Assembly (NCBI GenBank): GCA_040391705.1
Contig: JBEBXE010000001.1
Span: 239-64,238 of the forward strand
Origin: Aerobium aerolatum
GTDB lineage: Bacteria > Pseudomonadota > Alphaproteobacteria > Rhizobiales > Rhizobiaceae
Reading direction: 5' to 3'
Length of the DNA stretch: 64,000 bases
The notes below the pieces were generated by a model. It saw nothing but the letters and a program-made list of their open reading frames with translations. It did not search any database and had not been told where the DNA came from. Positions 50,046-59,836 of this stretch are shown one piece after another (position 1 is the stretch's first letter; every line of letters begins with the position of its first letter). Made by a program: the position numbers and the translations under genes.

Positions 50046-50606
50046 TCAGCCGATGCGGATCTTGGTGTCGGAGGTGAACTCGAAAGTCGGAATCGCCATG
50101 TTCTCCGGCGCAGGCCCATGCCGGATGCGGCCTGCGGTATCGTAGGCGGAGCCATGGCAGGGGCAGAACCAGCCGCCAAAGTCGCCTTCCTGGCCTAGCG
50201 GGATGCAGCCGAGATGGGTGCAGACCTGCACCATCACCATCCAGGCTTCCTTGCCGGCCGCAGCGCGGTTCGCATCGGTAGCGGGCGCGTGGGACGGCAA
50301 ATTGGCGTTGCGGGCGAGCGGATCAATCAGGTCTTCGAGCTTGGTGGCCGCGGCGTCGCTGATTTCCTTGTCGGTCCGAAAGCGAACGACGACCGGCTTA
50401 CCACGCCACTTCACCACCACCGACGCGCCCTGCGTCAGCGACGAAACGTCAATCTCGACCGAAGCCAGCGCCAGCGTCCCAGCGTCCGGACGCATCTGAT
50501 CGATGAACGGCCACAAAGCAGCCCCCGCGCCGACCACGGCGGTCATGCCTGTGGCGATATAAAGAAAGTCGCGGCGGTTGGGATCGTGGTTTTCGGTTGT
50601 ACTCAC
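50046..50606 (-). CDS. petA: Ubiquinol-cytochrome c reductase Rieske Fe-S subunit (orphan copy)
   Basis: Tat motif RRDFL, TM helix, KWRGKP, CTHLGC and CPCHGS Rieske boxes, GPAP. GTG start at 50606. Confidence 0.93.
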   Translation of the reverse strand: MSTTENHDPNRRDFLYIATGMTAVVGAGAALWPFIDQMRPDAGTLALASVEIDVSSLTQGASVVVKWRGKPVVVRFRTDKEISDAAATKLEDLIDPLARNANLPSHAPATDANRAAAGKEAWMVMVQVCTHLGCIPLGQEGDFGGWFCPCHGSAYDTAGRIRHGPAPENMAIPTFEFTSDTKIRIG

Positions 50607-50778
50607 GGTGCCTGTTCCTTCTGCCTCTACCATCCAGACGGTAGAAACCCCTGCCCCGCTCGAACTTTTCAGTCTATGCCCGAAATCAGCCTCTGTCCAA
50701 CACCGACAGGGTACCCCGCTCGTCAGGAACGGCCGCAAAAATATACTTCAATGGCGCTCTGGCGGCCTGTCTGCTGGG

Positions 50779-51210
50779 TCACAACCGTCTTCTAACACGG
50801 AGATAGTAAAATCCATCCAGCGAAAGAACAAACGAAGTCGTCAATAAAATCCAAGTAAAGAATGAATCAATGCGGGTTACATCTTTAAACATTATGAAAG
50901 GCGGAGCAAATATAGATGCAATAAAGAAAAAATAGCAGGTTATGTAAAATTTTGTACTTTTCATTATGGCTACGTCAAATCCCGCAACCTCTATACCCGG
51001 AGAAATGTACTTGTCCTCGATATCTGAAAACGAGACAATTACACTTGAGACATACAGGACGTAGATAAAAAGTATAAATAGTCTCCCCGCATCTATGATC
51101 GCGCCCTGATAGATAAATCTAAAATAGACAAAAGAAACACCCGACACCAGTAGATAGATGTAGAAAGTTAAACGAGAAATACTGTCTGCTTTTAAACTAT
51201 ACAACACCAT
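50779..51210 (-). CDS. AT-rich hypothetical membrane protein (about 143 aa, about 4 TM)
   Basis: GGAGGAG RBS before ATG 51210, four hydrophobic Phe/Ile/Tyr-rich stretches. Hand-counted GC: 30% over 50881-50940, 38% over 50941-51000. Confidence 0.6.
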   Translation of the reverse strand: MVLYSLKADSISRLTFYIYLLVSGVSFVYFRFIYQGAIIDAGRLFILFIYVLYVSSVIVSFSDIEDKYISPGIEVAGFDVAIMKSTKFYITCYFFFIASIFAPPFIMFKDVTRIDSFFTWILLTTSFVLSLDGFYYLRVRRRL

Positions 51211-51378
51211 TGCAAGTATCTCCTCCCCTGATACGCGACGCCAGACAAGCTCACTACGTATATCTGGAAAATCTTTCTGAAACACTCGGCTTTGTTGACG
51301 CCATCAGCATGAAGAAAGCGATACCCATTCCGGGTGCCGAGGATGACGCCTGCTCCCAGCAGGCTATCCATCACGGAC

Positions 51379-51406
51379 ATGAATCGGTCGGCTGTTACCG
51401 ATTCAT
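51379..51406. promoter_or_regulatory. Perfect 10-bp inverted repeat upstream of the WGR gene
   Basis: ATGAATCGGT-N8-ACCGATTCAT. Confidence 0.5.
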
Positions 51407-51451
51407 TCTATGCGTTGGACGGCGCTTCCAAAGGGCGCGAGACTCCGGTCC

Positions 51452-51700
51452 ATGCAGACCAGGGACACGCAACCGCTTCATCTCCAACGCATCGATCCGG
51501 CGCAGAATATGCGGCGGTTCTACGTTCTTGCGATCCAGCCGACCTTGTTCGGCGGCGCGTCCGTCATGCGCCATTGGGGGCGCATCGGGACGTCGGGCCA
51601 ATCGATGATGCAGACCTTCGACCAGATCGAGGACGCCGGCAAAGCGCTTGCGCGCCTGGAGCGCAGCAAGCGACGCAAAGGCTATCGCGACCCCACGTGA
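51452..51700 (+). CDS. Stand-alone WGR-domain protein
   Basis: RIDPAQNMRRFY...LFG...RHWGRIG...KRRKGY, the canonical WGR pattern. Start at ATG 51452. Confidence 0.88.
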   Translation: MQTRDTQPLHLQRIDPAQNMRRFYVLAIQPTLFGGASVMRHWGRIGTSGQSMMQTFDQIEDAGKALARLERSKRRKGYRDPT

Positions 51701-51705
51701 AAGCG

Positions 51706-53310
51706 TCAGCCCAAACGTGGGGCGACCGCGCCGATGGCTTGCGCCATCAACGCGTCGGCGTCGGACGGCGCGTCCTGCGCTGCCCAGGCGACGAACTGGT
51801 CCGGCCGGACGAGGACGAGACGCGAACCATATCTCTCGCGCCCATCGGCGGCGGTGTCGCTGACAATGGCCAGCGGCAGGCCGGCGCGGTCGGCTGCCGA
51901 CTGCAGCTGCGCCACCGCGCCCTCGTCCGCATCGAACGCCAGAAGCGTGAACCCGTCGCCGAGCGCCTCATAGACATCGCGGCCGTCCGACAGCATTTGC
52001 GGCGCCAGATGGTGCCCGGCGCGGGCCTCGAAGCGGTGCCCGCCGACGGCGTTGGTGACCGCGCCGGGCGCGCCGGCGACAACAGGCGAGCCGCGATAAT
52101 TCGGCTCGAACGCATTGACCTCGTCGCGTGCGCCAGCACCCCTTGCCGTCCATTCGGCCTCGAAGCCGGCGCGGTCGCGCAACGGATCGAATGTGTCCAG
52201 AAACGCGCGATCCTGTTCAATTGATCTGGCAATAAAGTCCCGCGCGGTCGAGACGAAGACCGGCCGGCGCTCCGCATCATAGCTGTCGAGCAGCCCCGCC
52301 CCGCCCCAGCCCGCCAGCGTCGCGGCCAGTTTCCAGCCGAGATTGCGCGCATCTTCCAGCCCGGTGTTGATGCCGTAGCCGCCATAGGGCGGATGGCTGT
52401 GGGCGGCGTCGCCGGCGATGAAGACGCGGCCGGCGCGGTAGCTGTCGGCGGCAGCGAACCTGAGGTCCCAGAAGCCGACATAATCGAGTTCAACGTCGAA
52501 CTCCGCACCCACCGCGCGATGCAGATAAGGGGTGAAGTCGAAATTGTCCTGCGTCGTTCCCGCCGGCACCGGCGCGTGGAAGAACCAGCTATTGCCGAGA
52601 TTGACCCGGCCGAAGAACTGCCAGTACCCCTTCAGGTCGGGATGCAGCACGTTGTAGAAGGATTTGCCGGGAAACCGTTTCAGCAGCTCGTGCAATCCGG
52701 TGGAGCGGAACACCAGCAGCACCATCAGCCGATCGTGGTCCGAGCGCGTCTGGGTGATGCCGGCAGCCTCGCGCACCATCGAGCGGCTGCCGTCGCAGCC
52801 GACGACGTAATCGCCGCGGATGGTGATGCGTTCGCCGTCCTCGCGCCGCAGCGCCGTCACCGTGACGCCGTCGCCATCCTGCGTAAGGTTTTCGCCGGTC
52901 CAGCCGTAGAGAATCTCGACCGTTGCCAGTTCGGCGGCACGCGCGCGCAGCACCGCTTCGGTCGCATATTGCGGCAGGCGCTCATTGTCGGTGAAGTAGT
53001 ACGGCCGCACCAGCTCGCGCTGCAGCCAGTCATAGTGATAGTCGCCCAGCAGCGTGCCATACGCGGTCAGGCCGCCGATGCCGTAGTCCTTCGGCACGGT
53101 GCGCGCGGCGCGCAGCTCTTTCTCCGCGCCCCAGAAATGGAAGTGCTCCAGCGTGCGCTGGGTCAGGTTCTGCCCCTTGGGCACCGGCTGGGGAACCGGA
53201 TAGCGCTCGACCACGACCACGCGAATGCCGCGCTGGCCCAGTTCGATCGCGAGGCCCATGCCGACGGGGCCACCGCCGACGATGACCACCTGTGCCTGAA
53301 TTTGCTGCAT
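51706..53310 (-). CDS. FAD-dependent monooxygenase (PheA/TfdB aromatic hydroxylase family)
   Basis: VGGGPVG, VGCDG, FIAGDAAH, GINTGLEDARNLGWKLA, LVRPDQFVAW. Confidence 0.92.
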   Translation of the reverse strand: MQQIQAQVVIVGGGPVGMGLAIELGQRGIRVVVVERYPVPQPVPKGQNLTQRTLEHFHFWGAEKELRAARTVPKDYGIGGLTAYGTLLGDYHYDWLQRELVRPYYFTDNERLPQYATEAVLRARAAELATVEILYGWTGENLTQDGDGVTVTALRREDGERITIRGDYVVGCDGSRSMVREAAGITQTRSDHDRLMVLLVFRSTGLHELLKRFPGKSFYNVLHPDLKGYWQFFGRVNLGNSWFFHAPVPAGTTQDNFDFTPYLHRAVGAEFDVELDYVGFWDLRFAAADSYRAGRVFIAGDAAHSHPPYGGYGINTGLEDARNLGWKLAATLAGWGGAGLLDSYDAERRPVFVSTARDFIARSIEQDRAFLDTFDPLRDRAGFEAEWTARGAGARDEVNAFEPNYRGSPVVAGAPGAVTNAVGGHRFEARAGHHLAPQMLSDGRDVYEALGDGFTLLAFDADEGAVAQLQSAADRAGLPLAIVSDTAADGRERYGSRLVLVRPDQFVAWAAQDAPSDADALMAQAIGAVAPRLG

Positions 53311-53333
53311 GAATGTGCTTCCTGTTGCGCGGC

Positions 53334-54785
53334 TCAGACCGCGCCCGCCTCGAGATAGACATGCTTGGTTTCGAGGAAGTCGTTGAGGCCTTCGACGCCG
53401 TGGAGCCGGCCGAGACCCGACTGGCGGTAGCCGCCGGTCTCGCCCTCGGCAAACAGGCGGCTGTGGCAGTTGAGCCAGACCGTGCCGGCGCGGATGGCGC
53501 GGGGAACCCGCGTCGCCCGGTTGAGGTCGCGCGTGAACACGCTGGCGGCCAAGCCGTAGCGCGTGACATTGGCCTTGGCGACCGCCTCCTGTTCGTCCTC
53601 GAACGTCTCGATGGAGACGATCGGACCGAACAATTCCTCCTGGACCAGCGACGAGCGCACGTCGTCGATCCGAAACAGCGTCGGCGTCAGGAACGCGCCG
53701 GCGGCAAGCGCGCCGGCGGGCGCGCCGCCCCGCAGCACCAGCTCCCCCTCATCGCCGGCCTGCTCGATCAACCGTGCCACGCGCGCCTGGCTGGCGCGAT
53801 CAATCAGCGCGCCCATCTGGCTCGCCGGGTCAGCGCCGGGTCCGGTCCGCACCGCTTCAAACGCCGCCTTGATCCGCGCCGTGAACTCGGTTTCGATGGA
53901 TTTGGCGACGAGGAAACGTGTCGCCGCCACGCAGATCTGGCCCGCCATCATCAGCGATGCGCTGGTCAGTTCGCGCACGGCACCGTCGAGATCGGCATCC
54001 GCAAACACCAGCGCCGGCGCCTTGCCGCCCAGTTCCAGCGACAGGCGCTTGAGCGTCGGGGCCGCCCCCGCCATGATCCGCTTGCCGGTCGCGCTCGAGC
54101 CGGTGAAGGAGATGACATCGACATCCTCGGACGCGACCAGCGCCTCGCCGACCGCGATGCCGTTCTCGTTGACCGAATTGACCACGCCCTTGGGCAGCGA
54201 CGGACACTGGTCGATGCAGCGCATCACCAGAGCGTGGATCAGCGGCGTCTGCGGCGCCGGCTTGATCACCACCGTGCACCCGGCCGCCAGCGCTGGCGTC
54301 AGCGAACGCACCAGCAGCGTGACCGGCGCATTCCACGGCACGATGACGGCCACCACGCCGGCCGCCTCCCGGTTCATCATCGAGAAATTGCCGGGCGCAG
54401 TTTCCAGCGTGCGGCCAAGCACGGTCCGCGTCAGCCCGGCATAATAGCGCGCTTCCGAAATCGCGCCGAGCATCTCGCCGACGGCTTCCCGCTTCAGCTT
54501 GCCGTTCTCGGCAACGATCAGGTCGGCGAGTTCGTCCTTGGCCGCCTCCAGCCGGTCGGCCAGTTCGAAAAGTGCGGCGGCACGCTGGCGCGGCGACGCC
54601 GACCAGCCGGTCGTGTCGAACGCCGCGCGGGCAGCGGCCACGGCCTGCGCGGCAAGCGCCGCGTTGCCGGGCCGGTAGACGCCGAGGACAGACCCATCGG
54701 CGGGGTTGAGGCTTTCGACGGCTGGCTCGCCGCCGATCCACGCGCCGCCGATATAGTTCAGAGCTTCCGGACAGGTCGGGCTCAT
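53334..54785 (-). CDS. NAD(P)-dependent aldehyde dehydrogenase
   Basis: IVPWN, SFTGS, LELGGK, GQICVA, EELFGP, GGYRQSG. GGAGG before ATG 54785. Confidence 0.94.
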   Translation of the reverse strand: MSPTCPEALNYIGGAWIGGEPAVESLNPADGSVLGVYRPGNAALAAQAVAAARAAFDTTGWSASPRQRAAALFELADRLEAAKDELADLIVAENGKLKREAVGEMLGAISEARYYAGLTRTVLGRTLETAPGNFSMMNREAAGVVAVIVPWNAPVTLLVRSLTPALAAGCTVVIKPAPQTPLIHALVMRCIDQCPSLPKGVVNSVNENGIAVGEALVASEDVDVISFTGSSATGKRIMAGAAPTLKRLSLELGGKAPALVFADADLDGAVRELTSASLMMAGQICVAATRFLVAKSIETEFTARIKAAFEAVRTGPGADPASQMGALIDRASQARVARLIEQAGDEGELVLRGGAPAGALAAGAFLTPTLFRIDDVRSSLVQEELFGPIVSIETFEDEQEAVAKANVTRYGLAASVFTRDLNRATRVPRAIRAGTVWLNCHSRLFAEGETGGYRQSGLGRLHGVEGLNDFLETKHVYLEAGAV

Positions 54786-54798
54786 CGCGGACACCTCC

Positions 54799-55812
54799 CT
54801 ATTTCAGGCCGAGCAGCTTCGTGGCATTGCCGTTGTAAAGCTTCGCCCGCACCGCGTCGGAGATGTCGAGTGAATCCAGAATCCTGATCGTCTCGCGAAT
54901 GTACATCGGCCCGCCTTCAGGATCGAACGGCGCGTCCGAGGCAAACAGGATGCGATCCTCGCCGAAGAACTCCATCGCATGCTCGATCGCCTTGCGCGAC
55001 CCGAACGAGGCGGTGTCAGCGTAGAATTCCTTGAAATATTCCAGATGCGGCCGCTCGAGCGCCGTGCGCACCTGGGCAAGGTCGCGATCGGTGGTGCGCT
55101 TGCCCATCTGGTCCCAGCCGGGGCCGACCCGGCCCTCGAAAAACGGCACCATGCCGCCGGCATGGTGGGTCAGCACCTTGAGGCCGGGGAACTTGTCGAA
55201 GAAGCGCGAGAACACCATGCGCGCCATCGCGGCCGAGGTCTCATAGGGCCAGCCGAACGTCCACCAGATCTCGTATTCGGAGCGCGCTTCATTCTTGTAG
55301 TCGGAGAAATTCTCGCCGCGCGCCGGATGCAGGAACACCGGCTTGCCAGTGCTGGCCATGTATTCGAAGAACGGCTCGTACTGCGGCAGGTCGACCGGAT
55401 CACCGACGATGTTGGTGAAAATCTGCATGCCGACCGCGCCGAGATCCTCGATGGCGCGCCGGCATTCCTCAACCAGCCCGTCGGGATTGTTCATCGGCGC
55501 GGTGCCGATGAAAGCCGGAAAGCGTTCCGGGTATTTCTGCACCAGCTCGGCCATCGAATCCGAGCCGATCTGCGACAGCTCCAGCGCCTTCTGCGGTCCC
55601 GCCAGCTTCTCGAGCGGCGGCGACGCCAGCGACAGCACCTGCTGATAGTCGTCGCCGAACATGTCCATCACCTCGAAGCGGCGATCGAGATTGGTCATCA
55701 TCGGCACCGCGCCGGAGCGCATGGTGATGTCGGTCATGGTCCCGATGTGGTCGATCAGCGCGTCGAAAAAGGGCTTCGGCCAGATGTGATTGAACGCGTC
55801 GATCTTCTTCAT
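54799..55812 (-). CDS. Amidohydrolase-2 family enzyme (ACMSD-like decarboxylase/hydratase)
   Basis: IDAFNH, FLHP, FGWPYET, THHAGG, YADTA, LFASDAPF, YNGNA. Confidence 0.87.
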   Translation of the reverse strand: MKKIDAFNHIWPKPFFDALIDHIGTMTDITMRSGAVPMMTNLDRRFEVMDMFGDDYQQVLSLASPPLEKLAGPQKALELSQIGSDSMAELVQKYPERFPAFIGTAPMNNPDGLVEECRRAIEDLGAVGMQIFTNIVGDPVDLPQYEPFFEYMASTGKPVFLHPARGENFSDYKNEARSEYEIWWTFGWPYETSAAMARMVFSRFFDKFPGLKVLTHHAGGMVPFFEGRVGPGWDQMGKRTTDRDLAQVRTALERPHLEYFKEFYADTASFGSRKAIEHAMEFFGEDRILFASDAPFDPEGGPMYIRETIRILDSLDISDAVRAKLYNGNATKLLGLK

Positions 55813-55881
55813 TGGGGGGTCCTCCATGACGGCCGCTGATGAGACATCAAAATGCGCACCTCATCGGGGGATGTCAATTAC

Positions 55882-55900
55882 AATCTCATAGGTTGAGATT
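55882..55900. promoter_or_regulatory. Candidate IclR operator A
   Basis: AATCTCA-TAGGT-TGAGATT perfect 7-bp arms; second copy at 59639-59657. Confidence 0.68.
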
Positions 55901-55906
55901 ATTGAA

Positions 55907-56677
55907 TCAGTCTTTGCGCCGATTCTCGGACAGAGCCGCGGTGATTTCAGCGGCGGCCTGGCGCACATTGCGGCTGATTTCGTCGATGGTCGTGCCGTCG
56001 ACCAGCTTGCCGGCGATCGTCGTGCAGACGCTGGCGACCGGGCTCTGGCTGCCATCGAATATCGGCGCCGCAACGCCGACGACGCCGGGTGTCACCTCCC
56101 CGAACGCCACCGCGCAGCCGGCCTTGCGGACCCCGCGCAGGCTCTCCAAGATGTCATCGAGCGTGTCGCCGAGCCCGACCGCGCGGAATTCCTCAATGCT
56201 TGCCTCGACCATTGGCACCATCCGCCGTTTGGGCAGAAAGGCGATGATCGAGCGCGCGATCGCCCCGCGCCCCAGCGGCATCGGCCGCCCGCGGGGATAG
56301 CTGGAAATCGGGTTCTTGGTCGATGACAGTGAATCGACGCACAGGATGCGGTTGCCGTACCAGCGCACCAGAAGTGCGGTGCAGGAATATTTCTGGGTGA
56401 GATTCTCGAGATGCGCATGGCCGATCTTGATGACCGGGTCCGACTTGCGCATCAGATAGTCCATCTCGACGACCTTGGGGCCCAGCGTGAACCCCGCATT
56501 GGGCATCGAGACCAGCAACCCCGCTTCCTTGAGCGTCTTGAGATACCGGTAGAGGGTGGGCCGACTATAGCCCAACTCCTCCATCAGTTCCTCGGGCGTC
56601 CATTCGAGCCGTTCCTCGGTAAAGACCTGCAGGACTGAAAGAACGCGCTCGAGACTGTTGCCCGCCTTTTCACTCAA
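55907..56677 (-). CDS. IclR-family transcriptional regulator
   Basis: SLERVLSVL, YSRPTLYRYLKTL, GVAAPIF. TTG start overlaps the TRAP stop. Confidence 0.9.
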   Translation of the reverse strand: MSEKAGNSLERVLSVLQVFTEERLEWTPEELMEELGYSRPTLYRYLKTLKEAGLLVSMPNAGFTLGPKVVEMDYLMRKSDPVIKIGHAHLENLTQKYSCTALLVRWYGNRILCVDSLSSTKNPISSYPRGRPMPLGRGAIARSIIAFLPKRRMVPMVEASIEEFRAVGLGDTLDDILESLRGVRKAGCAVAFGEVTPGVVGVAAPIFDGSQSPVASVCTTIAGKLVDGTTIDEISRNVRQAAAEITAALSENRRKD

Positions 56678-58629
56678 ACGATGGCCTCCTTGCCCTTCTG
56701 CTTCATCTGCCGGGACCGGCGCATTTCCAGAACGAACATCACCATGCCGCCCAGCACCCCGACGACATCGGTGTAGCCGGCGCCCGGAAATGCCTCTGCC
56801 GGGATCAGCGCGAGCAAGCCGAAGACGATGAACAACGCCCGCGACAGACGCGTCAGGCGGGTCATGAAGTAGCCGGCAAGGCCTGCCGAGACCATCCACA
56901 CGCCGACGATTGCCGTCACCACCGCCTGCGCGATGCTCGCCGGCTCACCGATCAGGATCAGCGTCGGCGAGAACACGAACAGGAATGGGATGATGAAGGC
57001 GGACCAGCCGAACTTCACCGACGCCATGGCGGTTGCCATCGGCGACGCCTTGGCGATGCTGGCAGCAGCGAAGGCGGCGATTGCGATTGGCGGCGTGATC
57101 ATCGACATCATCCCGAAATAGAGGATGTAGAGATGGGCCGCAATCGGATTGAAGCCGACCTCAACCAAGGCCGGGGCGACGAGCGCGGCAAGCAGCACGT
57201 AGACGCCCAGCGTCGGCAGGCCCATGCCAAGCACGATGCACACCGCCGCCGACAGCACCAGCAGGACGAGCGGGTTGCCGCCGCCGAGCTGCACCAGGGC
57301 ATAGGTCAGGTTGAAGGACAGGCCCGTGACGTTGAGAATTCCGATGACGATACCCGACGCAGCCGAGATCAGGATAATCTCGACAACCGACTTGCCCGTC
57401 TCCGGGAACGCGTCGAACAGCGCCCTCAACTTCGGCCGCACCGCCTCGTAGCCGAAGATCACCGAGGTGATCACGACGCACAGGCAGGCCACCAGAGCCG
57501 CACGTTCCGGCTGCCAGCCGAGCGTGAACAGCGCATAGATCAGCACCGCGAAGGCAAGGCCGAAATGCCAGCCGCCGAGCACCTGCCGGCGCTCGGGCAG
57601 CTGCGACTTCGGCAGCGGCGCGATGCCGAGCCGGGCAGCGTCCAGATCGGTCTGGATGAACAGCGCGGCATAATAGAGCAGCGACGGCACGAGCGCGGCG
57701 AGCGCCACCTCGGCATAGGAAATCTGCAGGAACTCCGCCATCAGGAACGCGGCCGCGCCCATCACCGGCGGCATCATCTGCCCGCCGGTAGACGCCACCG
57801 CTTCGATCGCGCCGGCCTTGTGGGCCGGGTAGCCGTCCCGCTTGATCATCGGGATCGTCACCACCCCGGTGGCCACCACATTGGCGACCGCAGAGCCGGA
57901 AACCGAGCCGAACAGCGCCGAGGCGACGACGGCGATTTTCATCGAACCGCCGCGAAAACGGCCCATGGCGAGCAGCGCCGCGTCGGTGAAGAACTTGGTG
58001 CCGCCGGTTGCCGCCAGCAACGCGCCAAACAGGATGAAGGTGACGACAATGGTGGCCGCCACGACCATCGGAAGGCCCAGAATGCCGTTGCTGTCATAGG
58101 CCATATAGCCCGCCAGCATCGTCCAGTCCTGCGCCCGCCCGGCAAACCGTCCCGGCAGATAGTCGCCGAACATCCCGTAGATGAGGAACGTGGCGATGAT
58201 GACGACCAGGGCCCAGCCCGTCGTCCGGCGCACCGCCTCAAGCAGCAGCACGATGATGATGGTGCCGGGAACCCACGCGCTTGCGGGCTTGGCGAAAATC
58301 AGGTTGACGACATGGGGATAGCGCACCGCCATGTAGAACACCGCGCCGAACGACAGCACGGCGGCAAGGCAGTCGTACCAGGGCACCATCTCGCGCGGCT
58401 CGCCCATGCGGGCGGGCAGCATCAGGAAGGCGATCGGCATCGCCAGCGCCAGCATCATCGCCATGTATTGCTGGGGATAGAAGGCAACGCCCGCCATGCG
58501 CGGCACGCCCAGCGCCCAGGCGATGGCGAGAACGGTAAGGCAGAGCGCCAGGAGTTCTATCAGCGGCCGCGCCACGGCGGCGGAAAGCCCGAAACCGGGC
58601 TTTCCTTCATGTACCGACATCATCGACAT
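56674..58629 (-). CDS. TRAP transporter fused 4TM/12TM permease (TAXI-type)
   Basis: SGSAVANV, EAVASTGGQMMPPVMGA, LGMGLPT, ITPPIA. Confidence 0.93.
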   Translation of the reverse strand: MSMMSVHEGKPGFGLSAAVARPLIELLALCLTVLAIAWALGVPRMAGVAFYPQQYMAMMLALAMPIAFLMLPARMGEPREMVPWYDCLAAVLSFGAVFYMAVRYPHVVNLIFAKPASAWVPGTIIIVLLLEAVRRTTGWALVVIIATFLIYGMFGDYLPGRFAGRAQDWTMLAGYMAYDSNGILGLPMVVAATIVVTFILFGALLAATGGTKFFTDAALLAMGRFRGGSMKIAVVASALFGSVSGSAVANVVATGVVTIPMIKRDGYPAHKAGAIEAVASTGGQMMPPVMGAAAFLMAEFLQISYAEVALAALVPSLLYYAALFIQTDLDAARLGIAPLPKSQLPERRQVLGGWHFGLAFAVLIYALFTLGWQPERAALVACLCVVITSVIFGYEAVRPKLRALFDAFPETGKSVVEIILISAASGIVIGILNVTGLSFNLTYALVQLGGGNPLVLLVLSAAVCIVLGMGLPTLGVYVLLAALVAPALVEVGFNPIAAHLYILYFGMMSMITPPIAIAAFAAASIAKASPMATAMASVKFGWSAFIIPFLFVFSPTLILIGEPASIAQAVVTAIVGVWMVSAGLAGYFMTRLTRLSRALFIVFGLLALIPAEAFPGAGYTDVVGVLGGMVMFVLEMRRSRQMKQKGKEAIV

Positions 58630-59586
58630 CTACTCGCTCAGCAGTCCGGCTTCCCGGTAGAAGCGCACCGCACCGGGATGGAATTCCGAAACGCCCGTGT
58701 CACCGGCCATTTTCGCAGGGTCGAAAGCATTGAAGGGCGGGAATGTCTGCACCATCACGGCTTTGCTTTCGTGGAGGATCTTGGTCATCTGGTAGACGAC
58801 CTCGTCATCGACACCGGCATGGGTGAAGATCACCTGCGGATAGGCGAAGAAGTCAGCCGTTTCCTCGACGCCGGGCGAGTTGGGCCCGGGCGACAGCTGC
58901 GCGAAGAAGGCGACGGGCCAGAACTTGCGCGCGAAAGCGAGGTTCTCCGGCGTGTTGGCGATTGGCAGCGCACGCAGCCCGCCGACCGACGCGTCGGCCT
59001 CGCGGACCTTGCCGGCACCGTGGGCGAAGATGAACCCGACCGCATCGCCGGCGATGAAGGCATCGGCGCCGGCAACCACGCTCGGCACCTGAACCGCCTG
59101 CATGTCGGCGCGCGTCATCCCGACAGTCGCATACATGGCGTCGAGCTGCGGCAGGATGGTGTTCTGGGCGGTATAGCCATCGACCATCGGCTTGCCACGC
59201 AGGTCGCCGATCGAGCGGATGTCTGAATCGGCGCGCACGAAGATCGCCTCGACCAGCGGCATGACGAGGGCGACGATCCGCAGATCCGGATTGACCGACC
59301 CTTCGAACCATTCCTTGCCTTCGAGTGCGTAGTTCACTTCCTGAAGGTTGGCCGCGCCAAACTCGATGCCGCCCGACGCGACGTAGGGAATGTACTGGTT
59401 CGGGCTCGTCGCCGGCTGGATGGTCGCGGTGAGACCCGCCTGGTTGGCGGCGTTGGCGACGGCGGTGCCGATGTTATGGAAAATCGAGCCGGGATTGGAT
59501 GTGGCGATGCCGACCGTCTGGGCCGACGCCGTGCCGCTCAACGCAAATCCCGCCGCGAACACAACGGATGCAAATATGGCTTTCAT
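58630..59586 (-). CDS. TAXI-family TRAP solute-binding protein
   Basis: GGAGG RBS, signal peptide, IATSNPGS, FHPGAVRFYRE. Confidence 0.9.
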   Translation of the reverse strand: MKAIFASVVFAAGFALSGTASAQTVGIATSNPGSIFHNIGTAVANAANQAGLTATIQPATSPNQYIPYVASGGIEFGAANLQEVNYALEGKEWFEGSVNPDLRIVALVMPLVEAIFVRADSDIRSIGDLRGKPMVDGYTAQNTILPQLDAMYATVGMTRADMQAVQVPSVVAGADAFIAGDAVGFIFAHGAGKVREADASVGGLRALPIANTPENLAFARKFWPVAFFAQLSPGPNSPGVEETADFFAYPQVIFTHAGVDDEVVYQMTKILHESKAVMVQTFPPFNAFDPAKMAGDTGVSEFHPGAVRFYREAGLLSE

Positions 59587-59638
59587 GGGTTCTCCTCCGG
59601 TTGACTGCTTGTCGATCGCCCGCTCCTCTGACGACCAA

Positions 59639-59657
59639 AATCTCACAAAGAGAGATT
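59639..59657. promoter_or_regulatory. Candidate IclR operator B
   Basis: AATCTCA-CAAAG-AGAGATT in the divergent TAXI/ThDP spacer. Confidence 0.65.
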
Positions 59658-59836
59658 ATTCGTACAATATGCGCTTGCAATTGCCGTCATTACAAGGGCA
59701 ATTTCGCACGGCCATGCACGGAGGCGGTCGACACCTGGGGGCGGCATCGGTTAGAGACCGCGCCGGGAGGGCTAGCCGCGCAGGCTGGACGCCGACGGAG
59801 GCCGGCGAAAATGAGATTGCGGAGGAGTTTCATCCC

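Noticed and set aside
8444-51700. Xer-integrated mobile element starting at the dif-like site
   Set aside because: No second dif-like copy, recombinase, or replication or transfer gene seen.
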